The notes beneath the pieces are model-generated. The model searched no databases. It had not been told where the DNA came from and saw only the letters and a program-made list of their open reading frames with translations. A DNA stretch of 64,000 nucleotides, taken from Thermodesulfobacteriota bacterium. Its GTDB lineage: Bacteria; Desulfobacterota_D; UBA1144; Nemesobacterales; UBA2774. Below are positions 39,174-48,879 of the stretch, piece by piece. Location: contig OZ244197.1 of assembly GCA_965216785.1 (NCBI GenBank), positions 2,176,001 through 2,240,000 of the forward strand, written 5' to 3'. A program made the position numbers and the translations under genes. How positions within the stretch are numbered: position 1 is the stretch's first letter; each line of letters starts with the position of its first letter.

Positions 39174-40406
39174 ATGGAGGATCCGAAGAGCATAGGCTTT
39201 CTGAGAACCGTCCCCTTATATATAGTAATATTCATAGGGTTTCTCGGCTACAGCCTTACCATAACCATTCTTACCCCCTTGATACTAAACGACAGCGGAG
39301 GAGTGCTGGCTTCACTGCCGATTGACGCGGACCGCTTGATAGTGCTCGGGATTGTGCTGGCGCTGTATCCCCTGGGGCAGTTCTTCGGCTCGCCCGTGCT
39401 GGGCTCGCTTTCCGATAGGTTCGGCAGAAAACCCGTGCTGCTGGTCTCGCTTACGATTTCCACAATCGGCTATGCCGGGTTTGCTTACGCTCTGTATACA
39501 AAGAACCTTCCGTTATTTATGCTGGTCTCGCTTATAATCGGGCTGTCCGAGGCGAATATCGTAATTGCCCAGAGCGCTATTGCCGACATCAGCACGACCA
39601 AAAACAGAACCCGGATGTTCGCGTATATTAACCTCAGCGCGAGCGGAGCTTTCGTTATCGGCCCTCTGGCGGGCGGGATGCTCGCAGACCCGGGTATCAT
39701 TTCCTGGTTCAGCTATGATACGCCGTACTGGGCAGTGTTCTTTCTCCTCTTCTGCACCACCATTCTTACCTACTCGAGCTTTAAAGAAACAAGGCCCGAG
39801 GGGCACAGAAGAGAGGTCGGATATCTCGAAGCGTTTACGAACCTCGCTAGCGTGTTTGCCTCCGGAAGGTTGAGGGTCATATACTTTATTAACTTCCTGA
39901 TATACTTTGCGATTTTCGGCTTCTTCAGGTCTTTCCCCATGTATCTGGTGGAAGAGTACGGTATGGGGGTTTCGAAGGTCGCCCTTTATATAGCCTGGAA
40001 CGCCGTGCCTGTGGTAATTTCGAGCCTATGGATAATAGGGTATCTGGCCAAGTATTATTCATCGAGGGTAATAACGATTTATTCTTCGATACTTTTCGGA
40101 GTGTCCGCGCTTGTCGTGATTATCCCCGAGCCCGAGTGGGCGCTTTGGGTGACGCTCTTTTTCCCGGGCCTGATGCTTGCCGTGGCTCTGCCGGCGTGCA
40201 CATCGATGCTGTCTTTTATGGTGGTGGGTGAGCAGCAGGGGAGCGTGCTTGGAAACAACCTGTCATTAGAGGTGGGAGCTGAGGTGCTGTCGGGGCTCGC
40301 GGCGGGATTCCTGGCGGCTTATCTGATTGAATTGCCAATGTTCGTGGTTGCGGCAATTGCGATCGGTGCGGGGCTGATGCTCGCTACTATTGTAAAAAGG
40401 GCATAA
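39174..40406 (+). CDS. MFS transporter (DHA1/TetA-like)
   Basis: GSLSDRFGRKP motif A; 12 TM. Confidence 0.9.
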   Translation: MEDPKSIGFLRTVPLYIVIFIGFLGYSLTITILTPLILNDSGGVLASLPIDADRLIVLGIVLALYPLGQFFGSPVLGSLSDRFGRKPVLLVSLTISTIGYAGFAYALYTKNLPLFMLVSLIIGLSEANIVIAQSAIADISTTKNRTRMFAYINLSASGAFVIGPLAGGMLADPGIISWFSYDTPYWAVFFLLFCTTILTYSSFKETRPEGHRREVGYLEAFTNLASVFASGRLRVIYFINFLIYFAIFGFFRSFPMYLVEEYGMGVSKVALYIAWNAVPVVISSLWIIGYLAKYYSSRVITIYSSILFGVSALVVIIPEPEWALWVTLFFPGLMLAVALPACTSMLSFMVVGEQQGSVLGNNLSLEVGAEVLSGLAAGFLAAYLIELPMFVVAAIAIGAGLMLATIVKRA

Positions 40407-40523
40407 AGCACTATTGCTGCTATTGCATTTTATTTTTTATCTGATAAGTAGTATTAATTTATAGGTGATAGATAATAAATATGATATAATCAGTGCTAAT
40501 TTAGAATAAGGGAGGATAAAGGT

Positions 40524-41453
40524 ATGAAACTATTTCAAACACTTTGCATAACAGCTTTAATTCTTGTTTTCTCTTCTGGGCTCGCAAGCGCGCAGACTTT
40601 ATTGATTGCTGTGAGGGACTCATGTGATTCCGGAAGCGGGGCGGGAAACGCAACACTTCATAGAGTCGATCCAAATACAGCTATATCGGTACCGATAGGT
40701 GCGATAGATTTTCCTGGTGTGTCGGCAATGGCGCAGCTACCTGACGGGCGTTTAGTAGCGAGCGCTAGAGCGGATGATAACGGGAACAAAATATCTATAC
40801 TAATTGAGGTCAATCCGGCTAACGGAAATTCAAGATTAATAGGTACCATAGGAAATCAGGCGGGGGGAGGCTGCGGCAGGGTGCCGGGTATGACCTACGA
40901 CCCCGTTACAGGCACATTGTTCGGTTTGGGGATTCATTGCGCAAGCCAACCCAGTAATTTTGTACCCCTTCTCCTTAGCATAGATCCTGACACGGGTGCG
41001 GCTACATCAATAGGATCGCTTGACATAGAGAATGCGGGGCTCCCACTTGCGGCTGACAGTAATGGAAACTTGTTTTCAGCCGGGTGTTGCGGACCTGGTA
41101 ATGAATCTTACTCCGTTAATCCACAAACCGGTCTAGCTACTATATTAGCGGACTTAGGTCCGAATGATCCACCGCTCTTTAATTCATATGATTTTCAGCC
41201 CGATACTGGGGTATTGTTCGGGACGCTTAATGACTTTCCGGACGCAGAACTTGCCACGGTAAATCCTTTTTCCGGAGATGTTAATATTATCGGCGATCTG
41301 CCCGATTGCACAGACGGAATAGTATTTTTCCGGAATTTTACAAGACCTATACCTACGCTTTCCGAGTGGGGATTTATAGTTATGGCGGGTCTTTTAGGTA
41401 TAGCTGGAGCAGCTTTCTTCGCTTACAGGAAGAAGCAAGCGCTACAGGGTTAA
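40524..41453 (+). CDS. secreted beta-propeller-like protein with IPTL-CTERM
   Basis: [VI][DN]P.TG.A..IG repeats; RPIPTLSEWG-TM-RKK. Confidence 0.88.
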   Translation: MKLFQTLCITALILVFSSGLASAQTLLIAVRDSCDSGSGAGNATLHRVDPNTAISVPIGAIDFPGVSAMAQLPDGRLVASARADDNGNKISILIEVNPANGNSRLIGTIGNQAGGGCGRVPGMTYDPVTGTLFGLGIHCASQPSNFVPLLLSIDPDTGAATSIGSLDIENAGLPLAADSNGNLFSAGCCGPGNESYSVNPQTGLATILADLGPNDPPLFNSYDFQPDTGVLFGTLNDFPDAELATVNPFSGDVNIIGDLPDCTDGIVFFRNFTRPIPTLSEWGFIVMAGLLGIAGAAFFAYRKKQALQG

Positions 41454-41483
41454 ATACAACGGTTACAAATTAAAACTTATAAC

Positions 41484-41522
41484 ACGGGCGGGATTGCGTG
41501 ATGCGGTTCCGCCCGTTTTTTT
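41484..41522 (+). terminator. intrinsic terminator
   Basis: ACGGGCGG...CCGCCCGT plus T-run. Confidence 0.75.
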
Positions 41523-41666
41523 ATATAATCGCTAATATTAATTTATTGTTAAGAAAGTTTGATGATGGGAATAATTATGTAGTATAATCCGGCGTAACCT
41601 GATAATATGAGATGCTGGGGAGCGGGATTTACGCGGGGTTAGATTTTCCGGGATAACAAAATATAA

Positions 41667-42341
41667 TTGAGAAGGTGCGGATTGCTAAACGACAGCTTGA
41701 GGCTTTACCTTGCGGAATTCATAGGGACGTTCATTTTGGTTTTTGTCGCCACGGGAGTGGTGATTGTAAACGACGCCTCGGGCGGGGTGATTACGCACGT
41801 GGGCATTGCGATTGCTACCGGGCTTGTCGTGATGGTCGTGGTGTATTCGATTGGCGACGTATCCGGCGCTCACATTAATCCCGCTGTGACGCTCGGGTTT
41901 ATGCTCGCGAGCCGTTTTCCTATGAGCAGATTCTTTCAGTACCTTTTCGCTCAGTGTCTGGGGGCTGTGCTTGCGAGCCTTGTTTTGAGCTATTTGTTTG
42001 CGGAGCATACGAACCTGGCGACGACCGTACCAAGCGGGCCAGTGCTTCAGTCGTTCTTGATGGAAGTAGTCATTACATTTATGTTGATGTTCGTCATACT
42101 CAGCGTTTCTACCGGGAGTATGGAAAAGGGGATTATGGCGGGTTCTGCTATCGGAGCGTTTATAGGGCTTGCGGTGTTGTTTGCGGGACCTGTTTCAGGA
42201 GCTTCGATGAACCCGGCGCGCTCGCTCGCGCCCGCGATTGTGAGCCTGGACTTCGGTTCCCTGTGGATATATCTGACTGCGCCTTTCGTCGGTTCTGCAA
42301 TTGCCGTAGTTGCCTTCCGGCTTGTGCATAAGCCATATTGA
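41667..42341 (+). CDS. MIP/aquaporin family channel
   Basis: AEFIGTF, SGAHINPAVT, SGASMNPARS; true start may lie slightly downstream. Confidence 0.92.
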   Translation: MRRCGLLNDSLRLYLAEFIGTFILVFVATGVVIVNDASGGVITHVGIAIATGLVVMVVVYSIGDVSGAHINPAVTLGFMLASRFPMSRFFQYLFAQCLGAVLASLVLSYLFAEHTNLATTVPSGPVLQSFLMEVVITFMLMFVILSVSTGSMEKGIMAGSAIGAFIGLAVLFAGPVSGASMNPARSLAPAIVSLDFGSLWIYLTAPFVGSAIAVVAFRLVHKPY

Positions 42342-42457
42342 ACAAACCTCTATTGCCGCTATTGCCTTATCTGGTGAGTAAATTGGCAATAAAAAAACCG
42401 GTTTTTTCGTGACAGTTGTACGTTATATTTAGGTAAAACTGTTAAACGGAGGGAATT

Positions 42458-43000
42458 ATGTATAGATTGAGAAGCCTGTTCGCAGCATTGATATTACTTA
42501 CAGTATTCACCGTGTACTCAGGTGCTGAGGTTTCAGAGGACGCGACGAGCTTTATGTTCGTGCAGACCGCAAAGGGGGTTAAATTTGGCGAGGGTACGAT
42601 GACTCTTAGAGGAGTGGCGCCGTCTATGGTTTTCTTTGCCGACAGACCACAAAGGGCAGCCGGGCACGTGCCGACAAGCCATTTTGTAAATATGTGGAGT
42701 GAGGGTCAGGACAGCTTTAAGGCCGACCCGCCAAACGCCAACCTGTCTATATTGGGTGATAAAGAAGGGGCTACTAATATTGTGGTTGAGCTCATGAACC
42801 CAAGGATAGATGGGGAGGACATTACGTATGATATTAAAGTGCTCGATGGGACACCTCCAAAAGAGGGGGGACTTTCTTCGCTGTTTATTGACTGGTGGGT
42901 AGGGCCGCGCGGCGCAGTATGCCACAGGAATTGGTATACCGGCGGCGCCTGGTGTCATTTCCCCGGGCCGTATTATAGGCCGTATGTGCGTCCTTATTAA
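42458..43000 (+). CDS. secreted hypothetical protein, DPPNA family paralog 3
   Basis: FMFVQTA, FADRPQRAAG, DSFKADPPNA, SLFID plus aromatic/Pro tail. Confidence 0.8.
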   Translation: MYRLRSLFAALILLTVFTVYSGAEVSEDATSFMFVQTAKGVKFGEGTMTLRGVAPSMVFFADRPQRAAGHVPTSHFVNMWSEGQDSFKADPPNANLSILGDKEGATNIVVELMNPRIDGEDITYDIKVLDGTPPKEGGLSSLFIDWWVGPRGAVCHRNWYTGGAWCHFPGPYYRPYVRPY

Positions 43001-43165
43001 GACTGCATAGAAGGCCGTCTAAATGGGTTACTCAACTGAAAGTATTCGCGCGAGAATGTTCTAGCGCTTTTCTAGTGCCGCTATTGCGTATGGCTTTTAT
43101 TATAAATAAATAAAAGGACATAATATGGTATTGCTTCACTACGCTCGCAATAAGGCAAAAACAAT

Positions 43166-44143
43166 TTAATAAAAATAAGGCATTATGTGTTTGGCTGTGA
43201 GGCGCAGGGACTTTTCTACTTTTTCTAAGTCCGGAGAGCCAAAATTAGAAAGACAGCAAATCTCGCTTATGCCAAGCTGCTCATACTGGACTATGGTATC
43301 AATGCACTCAGAGTACTCGCCTATGATGAAGTGATTCCTAATAATTTCCTTGTACGTCTTTGATTCCTCGTCCAGATCCGTGACGTTCTCATGCCCCCAC
43401 TTTTGATAGAGCTTTAGGAATACGTCCATAAAGTAGCGCTCCACCTCTTCTTTTTCTTCCTGGGTATCTACTACAAAGAATATGCGGTTAAGGGTGGTTC
43501 TCTTGTGTTTAGGGTCCTTACCCAAACTCCTGAGCTCGGAATCGTATACCGAGACCATCCTGAGGATATCGTCTTTTCTCTGTGTGGTGCTGATTACTAA
43601 TTCATCTCCGAGGCGAGCCGCGCGTCTTACGGCGGCGTCAACCGTCGCGCCCATATATATGGGGGGGCTCGGTTTGCGTACGGGCTTTGGGAATAGCTTG
43701 AAGTCTGAGAGATGGGAAAAACTGTTTTGAATGGTAACGCTGTCTTCTGTCCATAGCGCCCTTATTAGACTCACTCCTTCCTCCATTAGTTTCCCCCTGT
43801 TCGCAGGCTCTACATTAAACGCCCGCAGGTCTGTTTCCGAGTATCCGGCGCTTACGCCGAGACGCAGGCGCCCATGAGACTGAGCGTCCAGCATGGCGGC
43901 TTCTTCAGCGACCCTTACGGGATGGTGGAGCGGTAATAGGAGCATGTTTGAGCCCAGCTCAATGTAGTTTGTCTTACTTGCAAGAAATGAGAGTACGTTG
44001 AGAGGGGAGGGGTATAGAGTTCCTTCCGAGTGGTGCTCGTGTATCCAGAGGGCGTCAAACCCCAGGGTTTCCGCCAGCATGGACTGACGGATGAGATCTT
44101 CGAAAAGCTCCTTTGACTGCACGGGCGCAAGGCTGAATCTCAT
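43166..44143 (-). CDS. luciferase-like (LLM) flavin/F420 oxidoreductase
   Basis: AE.LGFD..W..EHH, HPVRVAEE.A.LD..S.GR. Confidence 0.9.
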   Translation of the reverse strand: MRFSLAPVQSKELFEDLIRQSMLAETLGFDALWIHEHHSEGTLYPSPLNVLSFLASKTNYIELGSNMLLLPLHHPVRVAEEAAMLDAQSHGRLRLGVSAGYSETDLRAFNVEPANRGKLMEEGVSLIRALWTEDSVTIQNSFSHLSDFKLFPKPVRKPSPPIYMGATVDAAVRRAARLGDELVISTTQRKDDILRMVSVYDSELRSLGKDPKHKRTTLNRIFFVVDTQEEKEEVERYFMDVFLKLYQKWGHENVTDLDEESKTYKEIIRNHFIIGEYSECIDTIVQYEQLGISEICCLSNFGSPDLEKVEKSLRLTAKHIMPYFY

Positions 44144-44229
44144 ATTGAACTAACCTCCGTTATTTAAAGTAATACAATATAACGGTTTTTGATATTATTT
44201 CAGGGCACTGGCAGCAAGGCAGGGGTGTG

Positions 44230-45111
44230 TTACTTCTTGGATTTTGATTTTTTCTTGAGAAAGAAGGATATGTTATCGTCAAGGAATTCATCAAAGGTCC
44301 TGGGCTGTTTTTCCGTGACTTTATAGACCCAGTCGGTCACTTCATCGCAAATGCCGTCCCCTAGTAATTTATAGAGCTCGGTATATTCCTCAGCTTCTTT
44401 TTCACGGACTCCGGACTCTATCATTCTCTTTTTGAATTCCTTTGGCTTGATGTTTTCGTAGGTAACTTTCTTGCCCAGGGCGTTTGAGAACAGCTCCGCC
44501 AAATCGCCGCAGCTGAGTGATTCCGGGCCTGTTACATCTATTATTTTCTTTTTATGTCCGTTCTGGGTGATGACGTTGGCAATCAGTCTCGCAGTATCCC
44601 TAACGTCGACGTATCCGCATTTGGCTTTGTTGAGGGGCAGATAGATCTTTCTGTCGTCTCTTATTTCGGCGCCGAAGTAGTTAACGAAGTTCTGCATGAA
44701 TATATTGGGTCTAATGATCGCGTACCTGAGCCCTGAATCCTTTAGGTACTGCTCTGATTTGCCGTGCCGTCTGAGGAGCGCCGAGCGGGAATCGGGGTCG
44801 GCTCCTAAAGCGGAATATTTGACCAAGTACTTCACTCCGCATTCTTTAGCGGCGTCAATGAAGTTCTTCTCAAGCTTTACCAGATTGTCACTATTGGGGG
44901 TGAGGAGAAAAGCGTGCTCTACGCCATCGAGCGCTTTCTTGAGAGTCCCGGGTTTTTTCAAGTCTCCCTCGAGATAGCTTATCCTTGAGGACTTGATATC
45001 GGGGGCTCTCTTAAGGTCTTTTACGAGGACGCTGATCTTGTAACCCTGCTTGTCCAGGCGTCTAATAACTCTTTGCCCGGTTTTACTCTCAGCTCCCGTT
45101 AATAGTATCAC
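44230..45111 (-). CDS. NmrA-like/atypical SDR oxidoreductase
   Basis: ILLTGA...G, RPN.FMQN, VDVRD, TGPE. Confidence 0.85.
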   Translation of the reverse strand: MILLTGAESKTGQRVIRRLDKQGYKISVLVKDLKRAPDIKSSRISYLEGDLKKPGTLKKALDGVEHAFLLTPNSDNLVKLEKNFIDAAKECGVKYLVKYSALGADPDSRSALLRRHGKSEQYLKDSGLRYAIIRPNIFMQNFVNYFGAEIRDDRKIYLPLNKAKCGYVDVRDTARLIANVITQNGHKKKIIDVTGPESLSCGDLAELFSNALGKKVTYENIKPKEFKKRMIESGVREKEAEEYTELYKLLGDGICDEVTDWVYKVTEKQPRTFDEFLDDNISFFLKKKSKSKK

Positions 45112-45246
45112 TTGTCCAATATTCCTCGGCTATGGATGGATGACTTGAGCAGAGTGTATCAGAATAATATAGCTATGTGAAGACTGTGTGAAAATTAATT
45201 ACCTGAGGCTGTTCAAATATTGTGAAAAGTGTAAATATATAGTGTT

Positions 45247-46437
45247 TTAGCGTGAAAGCGCCGCTTCATATTCGGGTAGTAGAATTTTTGTCCTTTCCGG
45301 TATTTCCCTGTTGAGCCATTTGGTGAATGCCCTGTCCTGCTTGAATTTCTTAAGGGCCATTGTTAACTCTTTCTTTTGTTTTTCATCCGCTTCTATGACT
45401 TTGTTTCCCGCTTTCCTGTCTGAAATATATATTACAAAATCACTGGAGTCCCTGCCTTGCTCGGGCCAGTCAACCACCGAGGACAATGTGCCCGGTTCAA
45501 GAGACTCGGTATAGGAAGCGAGGACCATATACTCTTTCAGATTTGTAAAATTGCGTTTGGCTTCCGCGGTTTCTGAGCGCGGGAGGCGTATTTTCTTAGA
45601 CTCCAGCTCGCCCGACAACGAGGAGTTGCGCTCTTTTTTGGGAGTGTTGCTTAATGTAGCAAGCTCTTCGGCGTCTTGGGGAATGATTATAATGTCAATC
45701 CACCGGGTATTGTTGATCAGGTCATGGAGCCTTTGGGTTTCTTCGGGAGCTACCTTGACCTCAGGGGTTACACTTGTTTTTAAAATGCCCGTAGCCAGAA
45801 TAAGTTTGATGTTTTCTCTGTGGTCTTTGTTTTTAGTCAGGAAAAGAAACTCCTTGATCTCCTCTTGAGACATTTTGTCCACGTCTTCCCATCTCTTGAG
45901 CTTGCCCAGGATTTCCGGATCCTGGGCGTGATCAGTGTAAAACGACCAGGCTTCTTTATTCATACCGAGCGGCTCAAGCTCGTTTTTAGCAAATTCATTT
46001 CCTTTATCTTTATCCTCTCTCCATATATTAAGGCCTTCCAGAATTTTAAGCCCTGTGAGCTGCATCCTGGAGAGGACTTCCTTTTTCTTTTCCGGGGTGG
46101 GGAAGAGGAGTCTCCACTGCCGGTCCGCGTAGGCGTTTACTTCTTTTGTGACAAGGTCCTCTGAGGGAGTGATGTCTCTTTTCTGAATCTCTCTTCGGAG
46201 GACTTCGTCCACAATGCGCTTTCTGAGGAGTACTATCTGGCTTTCAATATCGGCTCCTTCGGGGGTCGCTTCCGGATCTACAAATTTAATCTCCCCTTCC
46301 TGAGTACTAACGCGGCCCCCTATTTCGTCCAGGTAGATTGGGGAGGAGTCAACTGTGGCCACTACAGTTCTTTGCTGAGCTTCGGCGCCCGTAGCTATGG
46401 CAGCGATGAGGATGAAGAGCAGTGTGTGAAATTTCAT
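45247..46437 (-). CDS. exported protein, weakly SurA/PrsA-like
   Basis: Signal peptide; VVATVD..PI...E N-terminus; L.PG..S.V; W... Confidence 0.5.
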   Translation of the reverse strand: MKFHTLLFILIAAIATGAEAQQRTVVATVDSSPIYLDEIGGRVSTQEGEIKFVDPEATPEGADIESQIVLLRKRIVDEVLRREIQKRDITPSEDLVTKEVNAYADRQWRLLFPTPEKKKEVLSRMQLTGLKILEGLNIWREDKDKGNEFAKNELEPLGMNKEAWSFYTDHAQDPEILGKLKRWEDVDKMSQEEIKEFLFLTKNKDHRENIKLILATGILKTSVTPEVKVAPEETQRLHDLINNTRWIDIIIIPQDAEELATLSNTPKKERNSSLSGELESKKIRLPRSETAEAKRNFTNLKEYMVLASYTESLEPGTLSSVVDWPEQGRDSSDFVIYISDRKAGNKVIEADEKQKKELTMALKKFKQDRAFTKWLNREIPERTKILLPEYEAALSR

Positions 46438-47015
46438 TGGATAATTATACAGGAAAAATTTATTGAGTCGGCCACTAATGGGTATGGATTCAAAAGTGTG
46501 ATTCAGTTGTGCGCGCTATTACTCTGACGGGGCTCAGTATGAACGGGATTTGCCCGGTGTTTAATCCTGGGACATGGCTGCACAGGGTCCTGAAAGACAA
46601 AGATGGATCTTTAAAGAAGATTCTAGAATAGGGGCGATTTTAAGAAACGCTTTACTTTAAGTCTTTTAGGATGAGCTTGTAATAATATAAGGTATATATA
46701 AAATATGATATCTAACATGCTGATAACACTGGATATTGCACTGAATGTAGAATATTAAATATTCTCTATGAACTATTTTGTTTTTACTTTAACCGGGGTG
46801 CTCGGAGCGGTAATAATTGACTTTAAGTATGTTAAAGCGCTTTATATTGGGCTTATTTGATGCGCGCGCTCTTTTTTGGGTTGGAAATAAGGTATATATG
46901 CGATATATATTTGAGCAAGTGCGGGCAAAGTTAAGTTATAAAAAAAATAGTTGCGACATTGTAATGTTATATCGAGTAAAATAATTATACATACCGATAT
47001 AAAGAAGGTGGCTAA

Positions 47016-48152
47016 ATGGCGGCATTAAACAAATTTTCAAATATTTTTGTGAATAATACCGAATCTGCACCTATGTGGGGAACGGTGATTAGAGCTTTTC
47101 TGGTGCTGACGCTCGTATTGGCGCTAATAGCTCTAATGGCATGCGACGATAGCTCTAATAGCGGCGATGGGGGCGGCAGTGACGGGGGCGGGATGGACGG
47201 AGGAGGTGATATGGGAGGAGGAGGTAGCGGAATCATTGAGGCCGGCGGTAAATTGCCTGACGACCCCGAGACTTTTTCCTATGTGTCCGGAGGCTCAAAC
47301 AGGCAAACTCTTGATTTCTACCGCATTGCCGGTGTAGATTTGCCGACACAAGCCTCAAGAGGTGTTCTTGAAGCGGGGACTAGGCCAGCGCTTGTGTGGT
47401 TTCACGGCGGTGGGTGGGTGATAAACGATAAAACTAACATTGAGCCGATAGCGTTTGAGATCGCGGAGCTTGCGGGATTTCACCTCGTTTCGGTCGGTTA
47501 CAGACTGGCAGGCCCAACGGGCTCTCAGGACCCGTGGCCGGGAATGATACACGAAGTGAAGTCAGCTATCAGGTGGCTAAAGTTAAATTCAGAGATGCTC
47601 GGTATTGACCCCGACTACATATTCACGACAGGCGAGTCCGCGGGGGCGCATTTGGCCGCGATGGTAGCATTGTCAGCTGGAGTGCCGGAGCTCGAAGGCT
47701 CTGTTAACCCGGGAGCGAGCTCGGACGTGGCGGGAGCGGTACTGTTCTACGGGCCTTATGATTTTTCCACAATTGTAGATCAGGGTCTCGGGCTGGTGCT
47801 GGATCAGACCTGCAGCGTTGAGACTCTTAATCCGCTTGCGGTGTGGGCTTTGCTCGACTGTCCTGTGCCCGATAGCGTGCTCGACGCGCTGAGCGGATGC
47901 AGCGCTATGGAGCTTACGCAGTCAAGCCCTGTAACTCATGTGGACGGAGGGGATCCCCCGATTTTTGCCGCCAGCGGAACGGACGATTGTTTTGTGCCGT
48001 TTCAGCAGGTGTTTGATTTGCAGAATGAGCTGAACGCGGCGAATGTGCCAAATGAGGTCTCTGTTACAAACGGCGGTGAGCATGACGTAGAAACGCTAAA
48101 CGTGTCCGCGCAGCAGGTTGTGGACTTTCTTGATGAAAATGCGGGGAAGTAG
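47016..48152 (+). CDS. alpha/beta hydrolase (HSL/BD-FAE-like) lipoprotein
   Basis: LMAC lipobox, Gly-rich linker, HGGGW, GESAG, D..VP, H. Confidence 0.88.
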   Translation: MAALNKFSNIFVNNTESAPMWGTVIRAFLVLTLVLALIALMACDDSSNSGDGGGSDGGGMDGGGDMGGGGSGIIEAGGKLPDDPETFSYVSGGSNRQTLDFYRIAGVDLPTQASRGVLEAGTRPALVWFHGGGWVINDKTNIEPIAFEIAELAGFHLVSVGYRLAGPTGSQDPWPGMIHEVKSAIRWLKLNSEMLGIDPDYIFTTGESAGAHLAAMVALSAGVPELEGSVNPGASSDVAGAVLFYGPYDFSTIVDQGLGLVLDQTCSVETLNPLAVWALLDCPVPDSVLDALSGCSAMELTQSSPVTHVDGGDPPIFAASGTDDCFVPFQQVFDLQNELNAANVPNEVSVTNGGEHDVETLNVSAQQVVDFLDENAGK

Positions 48153-48364
48153 AGAGCTTCATATTAATCTCAAATTTACTTGAAATAGTATAATGGCGCG
48201 CGGTATTGTCAGTTATTGCCCCGCAAAGATCGTACTGACTTTCCAAATACTAAAAATGTATAAGCAATGTGATTGTGGTTGTGTATAATATTATCCCAAG
48301 AAAATAATTATCAGTCTGAATATAACCGAGTTTAAACTCATACTATTATGGAGACGTATTTGTA

Positions 48365-48856
48365 ATGAAGAAACTGATACTACCGGTATTTTGCGTGCTT
48401 GCTGTTTATTTGATAGGCTGCGGCTCTGAACAGGACGCAGCTGATAAGACGGGTAGCCAAAACGATACTTACGTGAATGAAAAATTCGGGTTTGAGATTG
48501 AGTATCCCGGTAAGGTGCTTTTAGCTCAGGGCGAGTTCGCGAACGGATACGGACAGATATTCGAGTCGCAAGACGAAGCGGCGGTACTTGAAACTTACGG
48601 TAAGTTTAATACTTCTGACATAACTTTGGAGGAGGCATTCGATAAGGCGCAAAACGGTGAGGTTTCCGAAAAGAATCTGGAGGAAGGAGCCAAAAGGTTT
48701 ACGGTGAGCGGTGTACACTCGGGTACTGTTTACAACATTCAGAGGTATCTTATTGATGATGTGTATATAAATTATGAGTTTAGATATCCGGAGGACAAAA
48801 AGGATTATTACGGAGCGATAAACGAGGATATGTTAAAGTCGTTTAAAGTGGAATGA
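48365..48856 (+). CDS. lipoprotein (PsbP-like fold possible)
   Basis: LIGC lipobox; Y.N.KFGF.I.YP. Confidence 0.7.
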   Translation: MKKLILPVFCVLAVYLIGCGSEQDAADKTGSQNDTYVNEKFGFEIEYPGKVLLAQGEFANGYGQIFESQDEAAVLETYGKFNTSDITLEEAFDKAQNGEVSEKNLEEGAKRFTVSGVHSGTVYNIQRYLIDDVYINYEFRYPEDKKDYYGAINEDMLKSFKVE

Positions 48857-48879
48857 GGGTTTTATAGTACGTACTTTGT

